The position numbers and the translations under genes were made by a program. 64,000 nt of DNA from contig SMSO01000008.1 in the NCBI GenBank assembly GCA_004764695.1, positions 372,001-436,000 on the forward strand, read 5' to 3'. Below, in pieces: positions 12,001-23,696 of this stretch. Source of the stretch: Schizochytrium sp. TIO01 (Eukaryota; Protista; Bigyra: Labyrinthulomycetes). The notes under the pieces were generated by a model. It was not told the origin of the DNA. It ran no database searches and saw only the letters and a list, made by a program, of their open reading frames with translations. Position 1 is the first letter of the stretch. Each line of letters begins with the position of its first letter.

Positions 12001-13993
12001 CTTGAACTCTTGAAACCAACAATAGCAAAGCCAAGTCGGACCAGGTTGGTCGAGATGGAATCCAAAACGAATGTAATGCTCGCATGATTTAAGAATCTCG
12101 ATCGTTTTCATAAAACTACAATGATAACCAACTCGATGAGTGCGAGATTTTTAACTCTTTTCAGGCACTACATGAAACCTGGTAAAGTGAGGAGTCCATA
12201 CGTTGTTGAACTCACAACAGCCGCAAACCAAAAGACTCATACGCGTGGTAGATGGCGGAGTGCCGTCGTAGGCGTTTAGCGAGACTTTGACGGCGTGTGT
12301 GGCATACTGTCGAACCTCAGATTTGATCTATTTCTACCGCACCTCTTATTCATTGAATTTTTATTTTGATAGAGTAAAATGCACTAAAAACATCCCAACT
12401 CTAAACAGGTCAGCGAGGGAACTAGGAACCCACAGCCGTCTCCATATGCTCCAGCTCACACTCTTTCATTGAAGATACTGCATACGCACGTATTACCCAC
12501 AACAAGAACTCTCTCAGCACCGGCATTGGTCTCAGTCCAAGTTTGTCGCGATGTAATGATTGCACAATATTTTAAATTAAAATAGACGCGAAGAGGTTAT
12601 AACTTTGATAAATCATTATTTAGTCTTTAATTACACCTATTTTTTTAATTGATAAAAATAATAATAAGTAAATAGAGGCACTGCTGAGTTAATACTATCC
12701 AAGGCCTAATGAGTGCTATAATAAGAAAAGACTTGGGACTTATCTTATTATTTTTGTTTCCACCACGATCAACCATAATTATCGTGAAATGAAACATTCA
12801 AGAAAGGTCCAATTCGGGTGATTCACGAGGGCTCTGTTGCAGGATTCCTCCAACGCCCTGTTGAATGTGAAAGAAACTTCGGGGAAGCGAGTAATGAGCC
12901 AGTTCGACAGGCCTAGTTCGCTCGCGAACGGAGAGTAAAAGTCAGAGCGTGTATCACTGTACACACACCTTTATACATGAATGAATTCATTGGATTATAA
13001 CCTGGGTTGCAACACTTTGGAGTAAAGAAACAGCGGCTCTCTGCGCTAGAGTGAATTGAAATTAATCAGAATCAACAACGTGAAAAGCGCGAACAGGAGG
13101 ATGAAAACCAAGATCTGCATCAGCACTCCGTATTAGTTCTTTCGCGTCTTCTAAATCTAGCACCATTGTACACGGGTGATATCGGAATTGCGTGGCCAAA
13201 TTTATCGTTGCCTTTTCCTAAATATGCGCAAGACCGGGTAAATACTTTTCTTTGTGCAAATAAGCATCAACTTCTGTCGTCAGCAAATCCCCAACGCTTG
13301 CTGCCGTTAAAGCTGGTTTCTTCAATTGCGAGATCTTCGCAAACGCAATCGACTGCTTTTAGTCCATTGCATCGCATATATTTGCACATACTCACCTACT
13401 TTCGCCATTCTTGAAGCTCAATATTATGCACTGTCAAGGCTGATAAGAACCAGTTTGCGAGGTCATCACGGAAGTCCATCCTCCGCGAAGAGGCGCTCCA
13501 GGACAAGCTCCTCTCGTGCGTGTGCGCGTACAACGTGGCGGGAAGCCTTTCGTACTGTGTTTCCCAACAATTCCAGGGCAAACAAAATTTTAATTAATAT
13601 TGAACCGGGCAGTCCCAGCGAAAAGAAAGTAGAGAACTGCGCTTCTAAAGTGGCATTCGGCCTAGCTGCATACGTGGCAGCGAGAGAATTGGGGAAGACT
13701 AACTTCGTTTGCCAGGGGCCACCGAGGCTCTAATCTTTGGGCGAATCAGGCAATCAGATTGGTTTGCGAAAGCTTGTTTCCATAAAACGAAAGACAACAG
13801 AAAACAAAACGCCTTAAAGTTTTCATTAAACAGAGGAAAAAATACATAAAAAGAACAACATAAGAAGAGTCACAAAGGAATCCCCCGAGTAAAAGTAAAA
13901 GGAGAATCAAATCGATTTCTTTCTGAAAAGCCCGGCGCGAAGCACGGCCGATCGCGGTTCCTGGCTCCGCGGCAGGCCAGTCCCGCCCTTATC

Positions 13994-16072
13994 ATGGCTT
14001 CGGGGGTTCCGATAGTGGCGTGGGAAGCCCTCGTTGCTGCTGACGACGGCAGCAACTGGCGCACGGGTTTCCTTAACACGATCGTCGACGACGGCCCAAA
14101 CGGAGAAGACCAGCGAGGCGAGCAACCCTGCCACGACCAGTCTCTTCATGAAACAAACAGACCTGCGAGGACTATAGGCAACAGCCAGTGCGAGCTTGTC
14201 ACCCTTGGCCGCAACGCACGGAACATTAGTGACAGTCACAGCAGCAGCTTGCCGGAAACACCAGTGTTTTACCATAACGAAGAGGGCAGCGCACAAGATG
14301 GGTACTATGGCGCTTTTGGAATACCCCCAAATCGAATGGGCTGTAGCAGTGTAATGGATGCGGACGAATCTACTGCAACCGGTGCCCTTGAGGGATTTGA
14401 GACTCGGATCAGGTCCATTAATGAGTCAAAGTTCGAGGCTAAGGCCGTCAAAAAGACGAAGAACTTGAAAGAAAAAACTTGTTTATCTACACAAGGATCT
14501 GCATTTGAGCAGCTCAATGGACAAGAGAATTTGTCTGCAATTGAGATGAGAACAGAAATTGGTATCAAAAGAAGAAGAACTGCATTCAAAAGAAGCAGTA
14601 GCAGCAACTCGGGGCGAAGATGTGGTGACGGATTCAAATATCAAGGTGATGATAGTGAGGACGACGCCGAGGATGATGAAGACGATGATGAGGAGCATGG
14701 AAGCGCAAAGGTTGGAAAATCCAAGCCAAAACGTGTGAACAACGCTGAATCGTGCAGAAGGAGAAGACTTCGACGCAAGGCAGATGAAGCGTCGCTGAGG
14801 CGCAACGTGACGAAACTTGAGAGCGACCGCGAATTGTATTTGATGAGGATTGCGGAGCTTCAACTGGAGGTGGACTCCCTGCAAATGTCATGCGAAGTGA
14901 ATTTACAGCACGAAAATGATCTTCTGAGGACTGAAATTGCGACACACAAATCATATGTAGCTAGAATTGTCCAGGCGATCTCGAAACAGCCTGGGATGCT
15001 AGTTGAAGAACAGATACGACTAGTCTCCGCTGCCACTAACGATGCAGCTGCACAGCTCACAGGCATGGTTCATGTTTCACTTGCATGGCCTCTAGTTTAT
15101 GCTACCCAACACCCAACAGGTATGGGAATGCGAGTCTATATGGAGTTCCTACCAAAGATGGTCTCTACTCTTGAGAAGCAACGAATCAATATTCGCTTTG
15201 AGATTTATAACGCACAACTTTCTGCCGAAAATCTTCACACCTGCCTATCGCAGCTTTGGCTTGCCAACGATCACTTCCCGCCCCTGCACGGCGCAAGGCT
15301 GCAATCGTCACCGGCATCGCCTTGGCAATTTTCGAACCTTTCTGCTTTTGATACAACTGTTGGTAGAATCAAGAACAGTAAAACTAGCCTGATGAAATGC
15401 TCTCGAGATCTTCTTCCTAGAGCATCAAGTCCACTCGAGTTCACATTAGCAACCTCTCTCACCCGGTCTGATCTCGTCCCATCCGCCTTTGTTATCAGGC
15501 GCCCCGCGGGAAATTACCCCCAAATCGCTCAACAGTCTTTGTTCCAAACGGTCGACTCCACACTGCCACACCATGCAAATAAGGTCACTCTACCAGGTAA
15601 ATTTGGAGCTTCAAATCAACCTTCGAAATTGCAAGCGCGATCTCTGCAGCAACCAATGCAATCAAAGCAACGGCAAAACCCTTCTTCCACGATGATATCT
15701 AAAGTAAATTCGTCAGGAGCAAATCGGCAAGCTCAACTGCAATTGGTGGAGCCTGGTGTTGTGCGCTGTTATATCCATGCAAGCTCATCATGCGATAAAG
15801 AATTAGAACGCGCTGGAGCGATAAACACCAGTACACTGCAAAGCAAGGTTGTTTTCGGCCACGTTGTAACGCCTGGAGCTAACCCGACTGTCTCGCATTC
15901 TGTTTCCGCCTTCTCTTATCCTCTAGGAGCCTTTTCGGATTACTTGTCAATGGACCAGGTTGTGAGACCAGACAATTCGCTGACAGATCTCAGCCGTCAA
16001 GTTTTCACTGCTCACTTTGGGCGCATTGCACAAGAGATCTTCTATTTCACAGATTCGATGCAGTGCACATGA
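13994..16072 (+). CDS. bZIP transcription factor with C-terminal START-like domain, copy 2
   Basis: 692-aa ORF. Acidic tract, then NAESCRRRR-x9-L-x6-L (N codon at 14741; canonical N-x7-R-x9-L spacing), then NLQHENDLLRTEI. Family motifs GMVHVSLAW, RINIRFEI, DLVP, FGHVVTP, FSYPLGAF. Confidence 0.9.
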   Translation: MASGVPIVAWEALVAADDGSNWRTGFLNTIVDDGPNGEDQRGEQPCHDQSLHETNRPARTIGNSQCELVTLGRNARNISDSHSSSLPETPVFYHNEEGSAQDGYYGAFGIPPNRMGCSSVMDADESTATGALEGFETRIRSINESKFEAKAVKKTKNLKEKTCLSTQGSAFEQLNGQENLSAIEMRTEIGIKRRRTAFKRSSSSNSGRRCGDGFKYQGDDSEDDAEDDEDDDEEHGSAKVGKSKPKRVNNAESCRRRRLRRKADEASLRRNVTKLESDRELYLMRIAELQLEVDSLQMSCEVNLQHENDLLRTEIATHKSYVARIVQAISKQPGMLVEEQIRLVSAATNDAAAQLTGMVHVSLAWPLVYATQHPTGMGMRVYMEFLPKMVSTLEKQRINIRFEIYNAQLSAENLHTCLSQLWLANDHFPPLHGARLQSSPASPWQFSNLSAFDTTVGRIKNSKTSLMKCSRDLLPRASSPLEFTLATSLTRSDLVPSAFVIRRPAGNYPQIAQQSLFQTVDSTLPHHANKVTLPGKFGASNQPSKLQARSLQQPMQSKQRQNPSSTMISKVNSSGANRQAQLQLVEPGVVRCYIHASSSCDKELERAGAINTSTLQSKVVFGHVVTPGANPTVSHSVSAFSYPLGAFSDYLSMDQVVRPDNSLTDLSRQVFTAHFGRIAQEIFYFTDSMQCT

Positions 16073-18095
16073 CCAAGTCCTGATCTGGGATGAATCTCTT
16101 TCCTTTCATGAACTTTGTTTTCAATCCGCAGTTGTGTTGTTCCGCCCGTTTTGTTCAACATTTTCTCGTTTGCCTCAGAACTAGAAATTAATACAGGGAA
16201 AGGGTAGCCAAATGCTGTGTTTTGGTTCTCGTATCTACGATTCTGAAAGTGTGTTGTAAATTTTGTTGGATCTCTCAGAAAGGGTATGCGGTCACCCCAC
16301 GAGCGGAGAGCCCTTCAGAAGTTCCGATTTTGGCCTTTGCTTTACATTTATGTATTAGAAATCTATTTGCAGATTAAGTTTAGCGTTTGAAGTGGTCAGA
16401 CAAAGAGGTCTTTTCCATAGAAAACACAGACTTTCTTCTTTAGAACTCCAAAACATAGAAGCAACCCAAGTTAACATATTGTGAATATTTTTTGTTACAG
16501 GATAGGCTTTTGTCTGTCGTAATGGTTGGTTGCCACTGTTAGGGATCCCAGGAGCTCGATCCGAAAAGACACTAAGAGTGGCGCCGGCGAGAACATGCAT
16601 TTTGGGGTACACCAAGATTGCCTCTGTGGGGGAGCAACTGTGTTGTCTTTATTTGCAATATTTCTCATGGATCCTTGATAGTTGCCTACATGCCGATATA
16701 GTTTCCTGGTTATGGAGCGAGCTCTGTAATGTGGATAAAATTATGGGAATATAGGCTGCCAAGATTTTGCTTTATCTTCTGTTTGCTCCTAGTGATCGTG
16801 TAGATCACGCTAATTCGTCAAAGGGAGGAGAGCAAAGAAAGACTGATCATGGAAGGAGTCCATGTTTGTATGGTATTGTATGATGGGGAAATATTATCGT
16901 GTATCCAATGTTAAGCGCAGCACAATAGCTCTGCTCCTATATTAGATGTGATCAATCGCGCCATTTTCGTTATCTTCACTATCTTCACAACTGCCAGTAG
17001 TGTGTTGCATGTAGACCAAATGAGTTAGGTACCAACCGTTTCATCATTGTTCAAGATATCTAAAAGAAAATGTCTACTTTACCTGGCCTCATTGAAATCA
17101 GACTTTCTCGTGTCACTTTTGGTAGACGATAATCATGTCCGCATTCATTTCCATCGCGATTGTGAACCGCGAAGATGATAACAGCTATGAAATGTTTCAT
17201 ACAGGTGTCAGGTTCACGATACAGAGCCTACCATCCCGATGTTGCCTTATGTATTTTAAGAACTGGTGTTCTATGCTGGGAGTTAATTCTTCTTGAACTT
17301 AAACCAGAAATATTTTATTTCAAAACAAACACCAATTTCATTTTCCCCTGGTCTATTTTCTCGTTATTCTCAGGGACTATATCTTTATTTTAGTTAAAAT
17401 GCACCATATTGTATTTATAGTTAATATATTCCTATCGTAAAATGACGGTCTCACTTTTAAATTCCCTAGCCTGGCAGGTTGAAAACTCTCGTTGGTGAAG
17501 AGTGAAGAGCTCTGAGGAGGTTAATCTTAAAACCCTTTTACTTGCTCTCAATCATCGCTCGAGGTTTGTACCGTCGAATGCTCTTCTTTCGTAAATAGGA
17601 TTTGTTCGTTTTACAAAACATGAAGGCTTGAACCAAAAGGGGTCGCACCTCGCTTTCACTTCTCCAGCATCCTTTGACGTCTTGCATTTGAGCTCTTGAC
17701 GTCCGAAGCCATTTGCTCCCGGTGCGCTTCTTCGTCCGCGATCACTCTACATAGTTGGACTGTACACCCTCATCCCATTAATGAACACTTGTATCGCCGC
17801 GTTCATTTGAAGTGCATTCCTGTCTCAAAGTAAAGGAGACTCCTCACACCAAGAAAAAAGGCAACCACGCGACTTTAAAAACCCTGTTGAAGTTTTTGCG
17901 CTTCGATAAAGCTGCCAGGTGCCCTAAAACTCCATCTTCAAACCCTGAAGATGTGTACATCCTACCAACATCAAAGTACCCGAGTACTGTAACTTTAAAA
18001 TAAAATAATTCAATATAATAAAAAAACATATAGAACGAGGAGCATATGGAAAAGTGTAAGAAAAAAGGGCCAGACTCGCAACGGAGATCTCCCCG

Positions 18096-19991
18096 ATGCG
18101 CTCGTCGCGACCGCGACCGCGGCCAGAGCCGCCCCATGCTCATCAAGCACCTATTTCAGTTTCCTCTTCATCTCAGTGGCCTGAATTGTGGCCGATGGCA
18201 GCAAGCGGACACGCCACACGCGCCATGCCAAGGTTCACGACACCTAGACCGCCGTTCCTGCCCCCGGTGATGCAGCCGGGGCCGCCCCAAAGCTATCCCG
18301 AATTCCAGCAACATGCTCTAAACGGCCACGCAGGGCTGATGCACCAGTGGGTACCTTGGTACGGTCCTCCTATAGTGGCAGAAACCTCAGGAATCGTCAT
18401 GAAACATTACAAAGGAGGCAGCAATGTTGGCGTTCATAACGAGAACTTGAAAGCAAACGCGACGAAGAAACGAAGAAACTCGCCGAAAAGGTTGGCGGAG
18501 ACGCATCGAACTCCGAAAAGAAGGCGACCAGGAGACTATAAATGTATTGTGGATGCAGAGTTCTTACCGACTTCGGAATCTATGACCTGGACGACCTCTC
18601 CAACAGGGCTCAATTTGGGCCCTTCGAAAACGAAAGCGATTCCCGAAACAACGATAAGGGAAAGAAAACCAGAAACAACAATAAATCCGACGTTACCCTC
18701 AAAAGCGAAAAAGTCGTCATATTCTGTGTCTAGAAAAGCACAGGAGATGAATAAAGTGAAAAGGGAGATAACGAAAACGGTGAACTCACGAAATGCTGAA
18801 GCTTGCCGCAAACAACGTGAGAAGCGTAAGGAAGCTGAGAATGAGCTAAGAAAAGCGAATCAAGAATTGGAGGAGTCACGAGAGCTTTATCTTAGGCGCA
18901 TTGCGGACCTTCAGTTTGAGGTAGATGTGCTTTCACTGGGATGCCCTATGGATCTAGTTCAACAGAACAAATTGCTGCGTAAGGAAATTCGGATCTACAA
19001 GGCAGTACTTGGCGATATTAAGAATGCTGTTGTGGATCATCCTGGTATACTTGTAGAAGAGAGTGTACGCTGCTGCAAAGGTATTATAGAAAGCTCGCAA
19101 ACACAGGTCTTAGGCATGGCATGCACCTCTCGCACATGGCCACATTTATGCACAATTAGTTCATTAAATGGGATGCCCATGCGCATATCCGCTGAGCTAT
19201 TACCTAAACATGTTGCTCACAATGAGGTTCAACGTGTTAACCTCCGTTATGAGGTCCTAAATGTTCAAGCGGAGGCATCGGATCTGCATGTGCTACTACA
19301 AAAGTACTGGCTCAACGAAGTTCTTGCTCACACCATTGACTCCACACGTGGTGCCTCACACGTGCAGAATGGCGACAAGATCCCTAACAGAGAGAAGCCT
19401 CCTCAAATGAATGAAGCAAGGAAGATGCCTTTAACTTGGCGGTATGAAGAATTGGACGCTGACGCAATATTAGGCCGCGAAGTCCGGTCTGTACTCGTAA
19501 CTGATAACTTGCATCTCTTTGAAATTCAGGAGCACCATCGTGGAGTAGCAAATGGCAATTCACCCATCATGACGTCCAGCAAAAAGCTGAGATTCCAACC
19601 TGATGTCCTTTCATGTCAATCTACAAACAGCTTTGCGAACGCTCGCAAGACTCATGAACCTGCACAGATTCTTTCATCTGAAGAAAGCTCCTTTATTTAC
19701 AGCAGCATGTCTTGCGCTGCAGAGTTGAAAAAAATTAATATTCCCATGAAGAACACTCTGGTGTCTAAATTTATTCATGGGCATATAACGATACCAGCGC
19801 CTTCTTTGAAAGGATCCCCTAGGTCTCATTTCGTTGCTGTGTTTTCGCTTCCTGTTGGAGAGTTTGCAATCATGCGATCTCTTCGGGACATGATCAACCC
19901 AGATGGTTCTGTAACCGAACCGTACAAGCATATTTTTCATGCGCACCTGGACTTTGTCGCTAATCAAGTTCCACGGCTCTCAAAAAAATAG
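18096..19991 (+). CDS. bZIP transcription factor with C-terminal START-like domain, copy 3
   Basis: 631-aa ORF with Pro/Gln/His-rich N-terminus and basic clusters (KKRRNSPKR, PKRRRP). NAEACRKQR-x9-L zipper (N codon at 18792). Family motifs GMACTSRTW, RVNLRYEV, HGHITIP, FSLPVGEF. Exact start codon uncertain (several downstream Met). Confidence 0.9.
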   Translation: MRSSRPRPRPEPPHAHQAPISVSSSSQWPELWPMAASGHATRAMPRFTTPRPPFLPPVMQPGPPQSYPEFQQHALNGHAGLMHQWVPWYGPPIVAETSGIVMKHYKGGSNVGVHNENLKANATKKRRNSPKRLAETHRTPKRRRPGDYKCIVDAEFLPTSESMTWTTSPTGLNLGPSKTKAIPETTIRERKPETTINPTLPSKAKKSSYSVSRKAQEMNKVKREITKTVNSRNAEACRKQREKRKEAENELRKANQELEESRELYLRRIADLQFEVDVLSLGCPMDLVQQNKLLRKEIRIYKAVLGDIKNAVVDHPGILVEESVRCCKGIIESSQTQVLGMACTSRTWPHLCTISSLNGMPMRISAELLPKHVAHNEVQRVNLRYEVLNVQAEASDLHVLLQKYWLNEVLAHTIDSTRGASHVQNGDKIPNREKPPQMNEARKMPLTWRYEELDADAILGREVRSVLVTDNLHLFEIQEHHRGVANGNSPIMTSSKKLRFQPDVLSCQSTNSFANARKTHEPAQILSSEESSFIYSSMSCAAELKKINIPMKNTLVSKFIHGHITIPAPSLKGSPRSHFVAVFSLPVGEFAIMRSLRDMINPDGSVTEPYKHIFHAHLDFVANQVPRLSKK

Positions 19992-21323
19992 TGGAAGCAA
20001 GATCTCATCATGAGCTATTGTTTTCGCTTGTATCATGCGTTGAGTTCTATTTAATGTTAAATATTTCTTATGCTGTGTTCTTGTTAATCTCACTCTCATC
20101 CTAGTACTTGCAGGGAGGAAACCCAATTGTATTACTCGTTTCAAGCAAACTCTGCTAATATGATGATCTTTCAGCATCTCATACTTGTGTTGAATGTGTT
20201 TATCTTTTCAAATGAGCTGGTTGCATGTAGGTGTTTGATATCATTTCGATGTCCTAAAATTTTTATAGAAAATAGAGCGGTAAATTCTCATTCTATATAC
20301 TTTCTTCAATAGCATTTTAATTTCTGTTATCAAAAAGGTCGCAAACGTTCATTGCTAAATGACTAATATTCATTTCCCAAGTAGAAAGAAGATCACTTTA
20401 TATAGATAAAAAATTTATTTGCGAAGTTCTTGGCAAGATGGCTGATCTCTTGCAAATTTGACAGTAGGGGTGCGTCTAGCTTGAAATTGGAACCTGTATA
20501 TATGTCGCGTTCACATACCACTCACTTAATGTAAAGGTATAGACAAGGCAATCCATGCTATCCTTGATTGAAGGCTTATGTTATGGCGCGGGGGTGCACT
20601 GGGCACCTATGTTCTGGTCAGGAGTTGCGTGTTCTGAGGTGATCATAGCTTTGAATTCTGGGGAAAACAACAAGGTCAACTTCTAAGGAATACGGCCACG
20701 GAACCGCCATCCAAAGACCAACCCTTATCAGTTGTCTGACACCAGGCGCATGCTCCACTGATCTCCTCCCACCGATTTCTCTACAATCTACAAATTTTCT
20801 TTGAAACAAAATTTTCTGTTTATCTGCCTGTCTGACTATACCACATGTGACCTGCTTGGCTAGCACGCACTCAATGAACAGAGGGAAACGAATGTGGTCT
20901 CCAATCCCACATATCGCTGGCCTCGTCCTGCAGAACCTACAGCCTGCAGCGCTGCCGTCCACACCGCGGTGCCTCCGCCACTAGCTAGCTCCTTGCTGCC
21001 TCCCATTGCATGGAAACCTCGTGCGGCATCTCACTCACTCCCTTTCTTCTCAACAGCGGAGAAGTTGGTACTACTCTTCTCCACACAACGAGACTTTCCA
21101 AGGTGAATGAACTAACCAATAGTTTTGTTTACTTACAACAGTTACAATAGCACGCCGAATTAGCTGACCAGGAACTCAGACTTCAATCCTACGCACTCTG
21201 TATGTACTACCCTCGGCCTAAGACGCCAAGCTTCCGTTGGCTTTGTTGCCGGCTTCAGCTCTTACTGCTGTTTCCCTCCAGGGCTGCGAGAGGTAGGCAT
21301 TCACTCCTACGCCGTTTGATCAT

Positions 21324-21355
<32 letters not shown>

Positions 21356-22017
21356 GCAGCTTTTGACTGCAGCCAAAACGTGTGGCAAGAGGCACCTTGA
21401 CAGCGACCACCGCTGGGCTCAACGGGCTCCTCCGTGTGCTGCAGGCCTTGGGCTTTCCTTGGCTGCTCGCGCTCCACGATGGTACGATTGGTGCCAACCG
21501 TACCTCAATCACTCGATTCGCGCAGGAGCACTGATTGATTGCACTCGGAAAGGAAACCTCCAAATGAAAGCCTTCAGCTCCCAACAAGTAATTCATCCAT
21601 TTGGTACCCTCCCATACGTAGCCAACCCCGCTGCTGCTGCGACGCCTTCTTCGACGCTGGCGCCGTGCGATCGATCGCTGCGGCCGCAGACCGCCCCGCA
21701 TTGCATTCGCCTCGGCTGTTGCAGAAGTACTACAGTTGCAGTTCTTCATTTCCTGCTCATTCATTCTCATGCAACAGCGCGTGGCACAAACCCACACTTA
21801 GTGGACCCAAACCATACAAAGAATAGATAGTAAATAGATAGCAAAAGGGAGATTGATTGGTACGTAGGCGAAGACCAATCAACGCACGCCGCAGCAGGGA
21901 CGCATGCCACGACGGAGAGCTTTGGCTTGGCTTGGCTTGGCTTGGCTTGGGTCTGCCCGGCCTAGTTTGGCCTCGTTTAGTTCATGATGAAGGAAGAGCT
22001 AGCTAGCTCTGCGCTGA

Positions 22018-22048
<31 letters not shown>

Positions 22049-22182
22049 GGCGAAATCGCCGCCTCATTTGCTCACTCAACTGTGGAGAACGAGATTTTCC
22101 GCCGAAGGTATTCGGTGTTCTTCGACGTTCTTTGGTGTTCTTGCGTTTCGTAGAAGAACGAAGAAGGAGCGAATGAGTGAAG

Positions 22183-22281
22183 GAATGAATGAATGAATGA
22201 ATGAATGAATGAATGAATGAATGAATGAAGGAATGAATGAATGAAGGAATGAAGGAATTGAAGGATGAAGGAATTGAAGGA
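22183..22281. repeat. (GAAT)n microsatellite with degenerate GAAGGAAT tail
   Basis: Read directly; boundaries approximate. Confidence 0.9.
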
Positions 22282-23142
22282 TGAAGCCGCGGCTTCGAGT
22301 TGAGCCGAAGGACGCAGCCGAAAGGGACCAGGTGAAGCGGTCCTGGAGACAGCTCGGGAAGGAATTTGGCCGGCGTGTGGAAACCCACCAGGCAGCGATG
22401 AAAACACGCAGCCACGAAACAACAAAAGGCCACGTGGGAACCGAAGCACCCACTGCTTTGCAACTGTTCATCGTGCATGAGGGAAACGCAAATAAATACA
22501 GAGAGCAGCCTCGAGGATAACAGAGAAGCAGACGACGATGAAGAAGAAGAAGAAGAAGAAGAAGCTTGATCAAACCTTTTGCTGCTGCCTTTGCGAGCTC
22601 TGCAAATCACACCAAAGAGGTCGAAAGCAGGCAACGAGGTTGAACGTCGAGAAGCGGAAACGGAGTCAGAAACGGCTGGGCGAGATGCAGAGAAGGCCTG
22701 TCTGCATGCAAGCGGAAGAGCAGCGCCGGGCGACTTCTACTTCTTGATCTGCAGCCGCCGTGGATGCAAGGTCGATCTCCTGAGCACCGCTTGCTTGCTT
22801 ACGCATCGAACCCTCGTAAAGCCCGATGCCCTGTGAGCCATCCCGAGATTTGTGCTAGAGCAATTGATCGTGGTTAAGAAACAAATGACATACATAGCAC
22901 GGCATCAGGTGTTAGTTATGAGAGACCTTCCTTCACCAGGTCTCGCAGCTCGCAGTCAAGACGACCGATTATCTATCGTCAGGGCCCAGAGCGAGTGTAC
23001 AAAATCAAGGCTGAAGGTCCCTTTCGAGGAACTCCTTGAAGAGGCGAGGCAAGACAAGGCAAGGCAAGCCGAGACAGGCATAGCTATGAATTTCTGGCAC
23101 CTGCATTTTTGGTGAGTGAATCAGAGAGAGCGCTGGTAGAGC

Positions 23143-23227
23143 GTATGTATGTATGTATGTATGTATGTATGTATGTATGTATGTATGTATGTATGTATGT
23201 ATGTATGTATGTATGTATGTATGTATG

Positions 23228-23261
<34 letters not shown>

Positions 23262-23356
23262 TGTATGTATGTATGTATGTATGTATGTATGTATGTATGT
23301 ATGTATGTATGTATGTATGTATGTATGTATGTATGTATGTATGTATGTATGTATGT
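23143..23356. repeat. Long (GTAT)n microsatellite, ~53 units
   Basis: Read directly; a single interruption near 23231. Confidence 0.98.
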
Positions 23357-23552
23357 GTAAAGGATACATACAGTAGGAGTGTGGCGACGAGGAAGGAGAT
23401 CGATCTGGAAAAGGCACAGTGTGTGGAAGGAGGAGATTGATTTCCCTTCGCATTGTGTCAACGTGAACAGCAGTGCCGCAAATGCGACCTTTGGTGTACT
23501 TTCCACTTACGAATTCCAGTCTGTGATACTGACTAAGCCGCTTTTAGTATTC

Positions 23553-23566
23553 TATTATTATTGTTA

Positions 23567-23622
<56 letters not shown>

Positions 23623-23662
23623 GATTATTATGATTATTATGATTATTATTATTATTATTATT
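23553..23662. repeat. (TTA)n microsatellite ending ~35 bp upstream of the copy 4 ATG
   Basis: Read directly; a few TGA/TTG variant units. Confidence 0.97.
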
Positions 23663-23696
23663 TTCCCCGAGAGAAACAATCGATCGACTTTTAAAG

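Noticed and set aside
23084-23624. ORFs with MYVC/HTYI/poly-L/I/N repeats (also poly-C/V at ~2.3 kb, HSFI at ~22 and ~54 kb, ACLL at ~58.4 kb)
   Set aside because: Translations of microsatellites.
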